DNA of 64,000 nucleotides from Deferribacterales bacterium (GTDB lineage: Bacteria > Chrysiogenota > Deferribacteres > Deferribacterales > Geovibrionaceae). The stretch lies in contig JBFWJS010000008.1 in NCBI GenBank assembly GCA_050253075.1, forward strand, positions 24,874 to 88,873. Reading direction: 5' to 3'. Shown here piece by piece: positions 54,808 to 62,655 of this stretch (position 1 is the stretch's first letter; every line of letters starts with the position of its first letter). The notes under the pieces were generated by a model. It was not told the DNA's origin. It saw only the letters and a program-made list of their open reading frames with translations, and made no database searches. The position numbers and the translations under genes are program-made.

Positions 54808-55632
54808 TATAACGCCGACCATTATAACCACAGTGCCGAGAGCCTTATTTAATGTCATCTTCTCACCGAATAACATCATGCCGAATAAAGCGCCGAAAAG
54901 TACATTAACCTGTCTGAGCGCCGTCGCATAGGAAAGCTCTATCATGGTCAGACCGTATCTGTAAGACGTAAAGGACGCAAACACTATTACCCCTGCTAAT
55001 ACGACCCACTTGGCATCACTGCGAACTTTCTCAATGGTCAGTTCTCCGCTCTTTCTGGAATAAAGGAATAGAAAGAATGTCATAAAGAACGACATGGAAT
55101 ATACATATAATATAAAATTACCCTGAGAAACGCCCTTTTTATCCATCAGAGCACCGAAAGAATAGAGGAAAGCCGCCAGCAGAGCATAAAGAACACCCTT
55201 CCCCAGCCTAAATCCCCTTCCCTTTATACTATTTAAAACGATTGTACCTAATATTGTAAGGAGTATCCCGAATATACCTATGAAAGTAAGGTCTTCGTCG
55301 AGAAATAACATAGCCCACACCAAAATAAAAAGGGGTGATGATGTTGTGATAGGGTAAACCAGAGAGACATCAGAAAAGCGGTAAGATGTTGAAACTGCGA
55401 GATGATATCCCGAAAAAAACAGTGCCGCAATAAATGCAGTAATCACCACTCCGCCGTTAAAATAAAGGTATTCAGGGAAAACTATAGGGTACAGAACGGT
55501 AAAGAAAGATATGTTTACCAAATGCATGTAAAAATTAAACGCGTATTTGTTTTTTGATTTTTTCAGCAGCATATTCCATAGAGAATGAGACAGGGCACTG
55601 AAAATAATGAATAAAAAACCTAGCATCTGCAA
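54787..55632 (-). CDS. EamA/DMT family transporter
   Basis: 281 aa with about 10 hydrophobic helices in two similar halves. Confidence 0.8.
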   Translation of the reverse strand: MQMLGFLFIIFSALSHSLWNMLLKKSKNKYAFNFYMHLVNISFFTVLYPIVFPEYLYFNGGVVITAFIAALFFSGYHLAVSTSYRFSDVSLVYPITTSSPLFILVWAMLFLDEDLTFIGIFGILLTILGTIVLNSIKGRGFRLGKGVLYALLAAFLYSFGALMDKKGVSQGNFILYVYSMSFFMTFFLFLYSRKSGELTIEKVRSDAKWVVLAGVIVFASFTSYRYGLTMIELSYATALRQVNVLFGALFGMMLFGEKMTLNKALGTVVIMVGVILIKLGL

Positions 55633-55814
55633 CCCATAATTAAGACGTATTTCATCAAGATTATTATTATTTGAAATAACGTCTTTTTATATTTTATTGT
55701 TTTTTCATTATCGCACTCAGCACCATGTCAGGTCAAGGATAAATTATTGTCATTTCTTTTTAAATTTAGTTATTTCTACAAAATAATCATTACCTTCGTA
55801 ACTGTCATAAGTGC

Positions 55815-55826
55815 ACACTGTATACA
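55815..55826. promoter_or_regulatory. Exact 12-nt copy of the GntR-palindrome half-site upstream of gltA
   Basis: acactgtataca is identical to 47974-47985. It ends 9 nt upstream of the gltA -35 box. Confidence 0.5.
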
Positions 55827-55835
55827 ATTTCATAG

Positions 55836-55864
55836 TTGACAAGCAGTATCAGTAATGATAAAAA
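55836..55864 (+). promoter_or_regulatory. Candidate gltA promoter
   Basis: TTGACA (55836-55841), a 17-nt spacer containing TG, then TAAAAA (55859-55864). Confidence 0.4.
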
Positions 55865-55911
55865 ATAAACAGTGTTTAAATTATGAGACCATAAATTGAG
55901 GAGGCATTTCA

Positions 55912-57222
55912 ATGGGACTTAAAGAAGTACTTAAGCAAAAAATCGACGAGCAGCGTCCTAGAACTACCAAACTGGTTAAAGAGTTCGGTGACGTTAAAGT
56001 TGGCGAATACACTATCGCACAAACTATCGGCGGTGGTAGAGGAATCAAATCACTCGTGACAGATATCTCTTACCTCGACCCAATGGAAGGAATCCGTTTC
56101 CGCGGAATGACTATTCCTGAAACATTCGCCGCTCTGCCTAAAGTTCCTGGTTCTGACTACCCATACGTAGAAGCTTTCTGGTGGCTGCTTCTCACAGGTG
56201 ATGTACCTACAGTTGAGCAGACACAGGAAGTTGTAGACCTTTGGAAGAAGGTTGGAGAAGTACCTCAGTACGTATTCGACATTCTTAGAGCTATGCCTAG
56301 AGACGCTCACCCAATGTCTATGTTCTCCGCTGCGATCGTGGCTATGCAGCGCGAGTCAATATTCGCTAAAAACTATGCAGCCGGTAAGTTCAACAAAATG
56401 ACTTGCTGGGAAGACATGCTTGAAGACTGTAACATCCTTATGGCCAGACTTGGCAAAATCGGTGCTTACATCTACAGAATGAAATACAAAGGCGACACAC
56501 ACATCCCTTCATGTGCTGATCTTGACTTCGGCGGTAACTTCGCTCACATGATCGGACAGTCTGATGAGTACAAAGATGTTGCTAGAATGTACTTCATCCT
56601 TCACTCTGACCACGAGTCAGGAAACGTTTCTGCACACGCTACACACCTTGTTGCGTCTGCTCTTTCCGATGCATACTACTCACTTTCCGCTGGTATCAAC
56701 GGTCTTGCCGGTCCACTTCACGGTCTTGCTAACGAAGAAGTTCTTCGTTGGACACAAAACTTCATGGACAAGCTCGGCGGTGAGGTTCCTTCAGAAGACG
56801 CTCTTAAAAAAGCTCTTTGGGACACACTTAACAGCGGTCAGGTTATTCCTGGATACGGTCACGCGGTTCTTCGTAAAACAGACCCACGTTACACATCTCA
56901 GCAGGAATTCTGTCTTAAGACTCCAGGTCTGAAAGACTACCCACTTTTCAAACTTGTTAAAATGATCTTCGACGTTGCTCCCGGCGTTCTTCTTGAGCAC
57001 GGTAAAGCTAAAAACCCATGGCCAAACGTTGATGCTCAGTCTGGTGTTATCCAGTGGTACTACGGTGTAACTGAGTACGAATACTACACAGTTCTCTTCG
57101 GTATCGGTAGAGCACTCGGTGTTCTTGCGAACATCACATGGGACAGAGCTCTTGGTTACGCTATCGAGCGTCCAAAGTCTGTTACAACAGCTATGCTCGA
57201 AGAAGTTGCTGGTATCAAATAA
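55912..57222 (+). CDS. gltA: citrate synthase, mitochondrial/eukaryotic-like type
   Basis: 436 aa. LHSDHESGNVSAH..LAGPLHGLANEEVL, GYGHAVLRKTDPRY and GKAKNPWPNVDAQSG closely parallel pig heart citrate synthase as I recall it. Confidence 0.95.
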   Translation: MGLKEVLKQKIDEQRPRTTKLVKEFGDVKVGEYTIAQTIGGGRGIKSLVTDISYLDPMEGIRFRGMTIPETFAALPKVPGSDYPYVEAFWWLLLTGDVPTVEQTQEVVDLWKKVGEVPQYVFDILRAMPRDAHPMSMFSAAIVAMQRESIFAKNYAAGKFNKMTCWEDMLEDCNILMARLGKIGAYIYRMKYKGDTHIPSCADLDFGGNFAHMIGQSDEYKDVARMYFILHSDHESGNVSAHATHLVASALSDAYYSLSAGINGLAGPLHGLANEEVLRWTQNFMDKLGGEVPSEDALKKALWDTLNSGQVIPGYGHAVLRKTDPRYTSQQEFCLKTPGLKDYPLFKLVKMIFDVAPGVLLEHGKAKNPWPNVDAQSGVIQWYYGVTEYEYYTVLFGIGRALGVLANITWDRALGYAIERPKSVTTAMLEEVAGIK

Positions 57223-57255
57223 GTTTGATAAAAAAATTCGTTCATGAATTTTTTT

Positions 57256-57339
57256 ATTACGCTTCGCCTGAATAAATACAGGCTGCGCTTCCTCTACGTT
57301 TGAGCCTTTGGCTCACTCCGAGAGATACATCCTGTATCT
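57256..57339. repeat. Structured intergenic repeat, family B, copy 2
   Basis: Aligns with 13975-14072. Its terminal hairpin agataca-tcc-tgtatct carries two compensatory changes relative to copy 1. Confidence 0.6.
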
Positions 57340-57361
57340 GCGAGGCTAAACTAAAAATTCC

Positions 57362-57390
57362 AAAAGGAGACCTTCGGGTCTCCTTTTTTT
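57362..57390 (+). terminator. Strong intrinsic terminator downstream of gltA
   Basis: aaaa-ggagacc-ttcg-ggtctcc-ttttttt. Confidence 0.85.
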
Positions 57391-57548
57391 ATGCCTACCT
57401 GTGGCTTTAAGCCTGTCCTGAGAGCATCTTTCTGCCTAATTCCATTGCTTCTTTTTTAATTATCATACAAAATATACTATATATGTCTGCTCCCCGCTCC
57501 GGCATTGATTAGGCGCAGACACACACACCTAAAAGAGGTAAGGCTGGA

Positions 57549-58139
57549 ATGTTGACTTCGTGCCATACATGCGGGTTGGTAATAGAAATAACAGAATCAG
57601 ACGGTGAAAGAACCGCTTGTCCCCGATGCTCTGCCACGCTCTTTAAAAGGGACGGCGGGACACTCTATTCCCTGTTTTTCAGCATTACGGCTCTGATACT
57701 GCTTGTCCCCGCTGCTACATATCCATTCATCTCCATCAGGATAAACGAAGCCACCACATCAGCCACGATATTAGATACGGCATACATAATGATACACGAC
57801 GGATTCGGCATAGCGGGTATTCTGGTGCTGTTCACCGCTTTGATATTCCCCATGGCATACCTGCTGGTGATGACATACATCTCCCTTAGCTGTGTCACAA
57901 GGACGGATCTGCCCTATAAATGGTTTTTCGTGCGGATAATGAATATGTTCGAATACTTTCAGATGACAGACGTCTTCATAGTGGGGATACTCGTCAGCAT
58001 CGTGAAGCTAGTCGACATGGCGGATGTATCCCTTGAGAAGGGCTTTTACCTTATGATAATCATGACAGGGATGCTGGTCGCCGCAGGAGCATTTTACGAC
58101 AAACACCTCTACTGGTGCAGGAGGCATAATGGTAAATGA
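57549..58139 (+). CDS. PqiA/LetA-family membrane protein, first half-gene
   Basis: N-terminal zinc ribbon CHTCG...CPRC, then about 4 TM helices. 196 aa is about half of E. coli PqiA/LetA. Confidence 0.85.
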   Translation: MLTSCHTCGLVIEITESDGERTACPRCSATLFKRDGGTLYSLFFSITALILLVPAATYPFISIRINEATTSATILDTAYIMIHDGFGIAGILVLFTALIFPMAYLLVMTYISLSCVTRTDLPYKWFFVRIMNMFEYFQMTDVFIVGILVSIVKLVDMADVSLEKGFYLMIIMTGMLVAAGAFYDKHLYWCRRHNGK

Positions 58140-58749
58140 TCTGAAAGCCGACGCCGCCCTTTGCACCACATGCGGAACACTCCTCCAAAGGGACGAGGGC
58201 GAAATGACATGCCCTGTCTGCAGCAGTATCGTGCATCCACGCCTGAGAAACAGCATACAGCACACATGGGCACTGACCATCGCATCTATCCTGCTGTATA
58301 TACCGGCGAATTTGCTGCCCATAATGGACGTAAGCATAATGAACGACACATCCAGCAATACTATCCTGCAAGGGGTTGTACAGTTTTATCAGTATAAAAT
58401 GTATTTCATATGCGCCGTCGTTTTTGTCGCCAGCTTTGTGGTGCCCATTTTTAAGATGACGGCACTGGTATATCTTTTAGTCTCTTTAAAGCGTAAAAGC
58501 AGGCTGTCTAAACTGCAAAGAACCAGACTTTACTATATAATAGAGCACATCGGAAAATGGTCCATGCTCGATGTTTATGTTGTTGCTATCATGTCGGGGC
58601 TCATTGAAACGGGCTACCTTATAGATATTACAGGCGGGCCGGGGATAGTATTCTTCGGTCTGGTGGTGGTGCTGACAATGCTCGCCTCGGCGAGGTTCGA
58701 CACCAGACTTATATGGGATTACGAGGAAAAAGATGAACGAACTGCCTAA
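58129..58749 (+). CDS. PqiA/LetA-family membrane protein, second half-gene
   Basis: Zinc ribbon CTTCG...CPVC, then TM helices and KWSMLDVYVVAI. Overlaps the first half by 11 nt. Confidence 0.85.
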   Translation: MVNDLKADAALCTTCGTLLQRDEGEMTCPVCSSIVHPRLRNSIQHTWALTIASILLYIPANLLPIMDVSIMNDTSSNTILQGVVQFYQYKMYFICAVVFVASFVVPIFKMTALVYLLVSLKRKSRLSKLQRTRLYYIIEHIGKWSMLDVYVVAIMSGLIETGYLIDITGGPGIVFFGLVVVLTMLASARFDTRLIWDYEEKDERTA

Positions 58750-61675
58750 GGCTAAAATAGTACAAAAAAGAAGACTCTCATACGTATGGCTCACGCCTAT
58801 ACTCGCACTGCTCATCACGGGATGGCTGTTTTACAACGACTATGTTAATTCGGGCAAAGAGATCCGTGTGCAGTTCGACACGGGCTCGGGGCTCATCATA
58901 GGCAAGACACCGCTGAAATACCGAGGCATCACCGTAGGTACCGTCACAGACTTTGAAGTGGGCGACCCGATAAACAAGGTGAACGTGGTGATAAAGCTGG
59001 ACAGGAAAGTATCCGGCATCGCCAGCGAAGGGATGAAATTCTGGGTGGTAAAACCGAGGGTAAGCATCAGCCAGATAACAGGGCTGGAGACCATCATATC
59101 AGGAACATACATCGAGGTACGCCCTCCGTTTTACGACCTGAGCAGGATAAACGAGCTGCAGGAGCAGGATTTCTTCATTGGTCTGCCTGAACCGCCTGAT
59201 GACGAGACATCCCCGGATGAAATGATCGTCACCCTCTTCTCCTCAATAGACACGGGTGTAATAGACGGAGCCCCCGTCTTTTACAAAGACACCACAGCAG
59301 GCGAAGTAGCAAACATCAGATACGACAGTGAAATAGAACAATACAGGATAACCCTTGCGATAAATAAGAGCTATGCGGACATGATGAACTCATCCACCAG
59401 ATTCTGGAACCTTAACGGGCTGGATGTAAAAATGGACTCCGCCGGGCTCAGGATGCAGATGGCACCCATAGAGAGCTTGTTTCAAGGCGGGATATCATTC
59501 GAAGCCGAAGACAGAAAGCACGCACCTCTGGAGAGCTATGAGCTCTTCAAAAATTATTCCGAAACACTCCTGTCGGCTGAAAAGGTAACGCTCATAATGC
59601 CCGACTGCAGCGGTATAAAACCCGAAAGGACACCTGTGATGTATAAAGGCGTCGAGGCGGGGATCGTTTACGGAATATCCATAAATAAGAATGAAAAGTG
59701 TGAAGCCGTAATCAGACTGCAGAAAAACTTTGAATACCTCGCCAGCGAAGGGAGCAGATTCTTCCTCGAAGAGCCTCAGGTATCCTCAAGCTCGATAAAA
59801 AATCTGTCCACTGTGATACTCGGACCTTTCATCAGCGTGATGAAGGGGAATGGCGGGAAAAAGACAGAATTCATGCTGAGTCAAGAGCCGTATGTCAATG
59901 TGCCCGAAGGCTCTCTCCTGCTGAAGCTGAACCCCGAAGCGGGAGCAGCAGCAGAGGTCGGCTCAGGGATATATTATAAAGGCATCCGCATAGGAGCCGT
60001 GACCGACCGCAAGCTGGTTAAGGACAAGCCCCTGTATAGCTGTGCCATCTTCCCAGAATACCGCAAGCTCGCCGTGGGCGGGCTAAGCATATGGATGATA
60101 GAGCTGGCAGACATCAGTCTCCATGAAAACGGCGTAAGCATGAGCGCAAACCCTATGATGGTTCTGGAGGGGGCTCTGATAGCCGACTTCCCCGTTTATA
60201 AGACATCGAGCCCGCTCAATGAAGGCACCACCCTCACCGTATATGCAAACAGCGTAAACGCCAGAAGAGCAAAGCTCGACAAAGGGGGATACATAGCCAT
60301 GAACCTGCTGGCAGATGATTCCTTCGGTCTGAATGTCGGCTCGCCGATATATTACAAAGGGATGAAAGCGGGCGAAGTGACAAACACAGAGATAAAAGGA
60401 AACGGCGTGGCTGTGAAAGCCCTGCTGAAACCTGAATATAAAGAGATATACACAGACGGGCTGATATTCTGGAAAAACGGCAAGGCATCAGTAAGCATAG
60501 ACGGCACAGGGGTCTCCGCAGACATGCCGAACACCGCCGAGGTTTTAAACGGCGGGCTGTCTTTCGAGCCTTCCGGTGCAGGGCAGATAAGCACCATATA
60601 CGAAAGCAGGACATCAGCAATGAAGGAACTGCGCATACTCTCTGCGGGCAGACAGATAAAGCTGACAATAGACGAAGGGAATCCCCCTGCCGTCAGTGCT
60701 CCCGTCTATTTTAAAGGTGTACGCACGGGCGAAGTCGTGGATGTCGCCTATGATAACAAGATCAGGAAATCCACCGTTTTGCTGATAATAGATAAGAAAT
60801 ACGCAGACACCCTCGATGCGGAGACAAGGTTCTGGAGCGGAGCTTCGGTATCTGTCGAAGCAGGGGTCGGAGGCATCACGGTCAATACGGAACCCGCCCT
60901 GAATTATCTCATAGGTGCCTTATACTATGACACTTTCGCCAGTGATGCAGGCTCGGATAAGCTGTATAAGAGCAGGCTCTCAGCCGAGAAGCCAGACTAT
61001 GTGGCTGCCACCCTCCGCATGGGCTACGATGACGGCATAAAGGAGATGACAGAGCTCACAGGCGAAGGCAGAACAGCAGGATATGTGGAATCTGTATCAT
61101 CAGATGAAAACGGTACAACGGCAAAAATGCTCATCCACAGCGATTTCAAAGACTATCTGAACAGCGGAACACTCTTCTGGAAGGAAGAAGTGCAGATAGG
61201 CATGGACGGCATATCAAACGCAGAAAACGCTATATTCGGCACAAAGCTGGCGATGAAGAAAGGAAACGGCGAACCGTGCAGTGAATTCCGCCTGAGCAGT
61301 GCCGCAGAAGCGAAATACGCAGACAGGAAGGGTCTGCACATCATACTGATATCCGACACGGCGAGCTCCCTCGAGCCCGATTCACCAGTTTATTACAAAC
61401 AGGTGCAGACAGGCGCAGTAGAATGGGTAAGGCTTTCTGAAAATGGTGAAAAGGTAGAGGTAGGCGTCTTCATCGAGGATAAATACGCAAACTTGCTGGA
61501 TACAGAAACTGTTTTTGAGACTGTCAGCGGAATAGACGCAGGTTTCGGACTTTTCAGCGGGCTGAAGGTTAAAACAGCATCGGTGAAATCAATCATAAAA
61601 GGCGGGCTGACCTTTTCCAAAGGGAGAAGCAAAGGCACACCGCTAATAGGCGGAGAAAAGCTCACGCTGAAATGA
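58733..61675 (+). CDS. LetB/PqiB-like multi-MCE (MlaD) domain protein, about 8 MCE domains
   Basis: An N-terminal TM helix. Eight repeats of the P-[VI]-[YF]-[YF]-K-G-x-x-x-G-x-V block, each followed by an (R)FW-type block. Overlaps the upstream gene by 17 nt. Confidence 0.88.
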   Translation: MNELPKAKIVQKRRLSYVWLTPILALLITGWLFYNDYVNSGKEIRVQFDTGSGLIIGKTPLKYRGITVGTVTDFEVGDPINKVNVVIKLDRKVSGIASEGMKFWVVKPRVSISQITGLETIISGTYIEVRPPFYDLSRINELQEQDFFIGLPEPPDDETSPDEMIVTLFSSIDTGVIDGAPVFYKDTTAGEVANIRYDSEIEQYRITLAINKSYADMMNSSTRFWNLNGLDVKMDSAGLRMQMAPIESLFQGGISFEAEDRKHAPLESYELFKNYSETLLSAEKVTLIMPDCSGIKPERTPVMYKGVEAGIVYGISINKNEKCEAVIRLQKNFEYLASEGSRFFLEEPQVSSSSIKNLSTVILGPFISVMKGNGGKKTEFMLSQEPYVNVPEGSLLLKLNPEAGAAAEVGSGIYYKGIRIGAVTDRKLVKDKPLYSCAIFPEYRKLAVGGLSIWMIELADISLHENGVSMSANPMMVLEGALIADFPVYKTSSPLNEGTTLTVYANSVNARRAKLDKGGYIAMNLLADDSFGLNVGSPIYYKGMKAGEVTNTEIKGNGVAVKALLKPEYKEIYTDGLIFWKNGKASVSIDGTGVSADMPNTAEVLNGGLSFEPSGAGQISTIYESRTSAMKELRILSAGRQIKLTIDEGNPPAVSAPVYFKGVRTGEVVDVAYDNKIRKSTVLLIIDKKYADTLDAETRFWSGASVSVEAGVGGITVNTEPALNYLIGALYYDTFASDAGSDKLYKSRLSAEKPDYVAATLRMGYDDGIKEMTELTGEGRTAGYVESVSSDENGTTAKMLIHSDFKDYLNSGTLFWKEEVQIGMDGISNAENAIFGTKLAMKKGNGEPCSEFRLSSAAEAKYADRKGLHIILISDTASSLEPDSPVYYKQVQTGAVEWVRLSENGEKVEVGVFIEDKYANLLDTETVFETVSGIDAGFGLFSGLKVKTASVKSIIKGGLTFSKGRSKGTPLIGGEKLTLK

Positions 61676-61742
61676 TATAAACCCCGTGACTCTCTGTAGA
61701 CACAATAAAATTTGACAACAATATAGTCAGAAATTAGTAGAC

Positions 61743-61774
61743 GAAACACATCTTTAAAAGCTAATATGTGTTTC
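61743..61774 (+). terminator. Possible terminator after the MCE gene
   Basis: gaaacacat-(14 nt)-atgtgtttc followed by the T-rich ttattaattatttt. Confidence 0.4.
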
Positions 61775-61799
61775 TTATTAATTATTTTATGGTGTCTAA

Positions 61800-62645
61800 A
61801 TGCAGCTTACGGGGACGTTGCAGTCGATAATCGACTTCAGTAATTTTTTTGATCAGCAGCTATACGTGTTCTGCGAGGGGAACGGTGCGTTCTTTTCCGT
61901 GAAGAACGGCGTATACAAACAGATCAAATTCCCCGACCATCTGAGAAAACTGCTCGCCGATAAATATATAATGTCTAAGGCTATCTCCTCCGGCGGGGAA
62001 AAGTCCATACTGTATATATACCGCCTCGGCGACGGGCACACCCTATTCCTCAACGACCCGGGCACGGGTAATGTCGTCAACGGATTCATCCTCAGCCTCA
62101 TCACACTCAGCTCTAATGTGTGCAGTGTATCACCTTCGCAGTCGGACGGAGATATAAATCAGGTGCTCCTTGATCAGCTGGTGGCCGAATTCGACAGGGA
62201 AAAGAAGAAATTCGCCGTGACGGACAAACGCCAGAAGGAAGAGATAATCATCCTAGAGGAACAGGCAAAAGAAGCATACAACCAGATGGCTGAGCTGGAA
62301 AACACCCTTAAACAGAAAGATGCCGAGATAGCAAAGCTGAAAAAGAGCATAACAGACCTGGCCGAAAGCTATAAATCCACTGAGAAAAAGCTCGCAAGCG
62401 CCCATCAGACAACAGACTTTCAGCTTGGCGCAGATCTGAAAAAGAAGAACGAAGAACTCAGAAACAACAACAGGATGCTCGTTGACCTGATAAAGAAGAA
62501 CACATCCGCCATAGCCGACCTGCACTCTGAGCTGGAAATGTATATAGAAGACTTCGCAGGCAGGACAGACATCACAGACGAACAGCATCAGGAGCTTAGA
62601 TCAGCACTAGCAGACCTTTTCAACACCCAGCAGATAGAATCCTAA
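61800..62645 (+). CDS. hypothetical protein with C-terminal coiled coil
   Basis: 281 aa with a globular first ~110 aa, then a heptad-rich Lys/Glu region (EEQAKEAYNQMAELENTLKQKDAEIAKLKK). Confidence 0.5.
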   Translation: MQLTGTLQSIIDFSNFFDQQLYVFCEGNGAFFSVKNGVYKQIKFPDHLRKLLADKYIMSKAISSGGEKSILYIYRLGDGHTLFLNDPGTGNVVNGFILSLITLSSNVCSVSPSQSDGDINQVLLDQLVAEFDREKKKFAVTDKRQKEEIIILEEQAKEAYNQMAELENTLKQKDAEIAKLKKSITDLAESYKSTEKKLASAHQTTDFQLGADLKKKNEELRNNNRMLVDLIKKNTSAIADLHSELEMYIEDFAGRTDITDEQHQELRSALADLFNTQQIES

Positions 62646-62655
62646 CCGACCGAAC

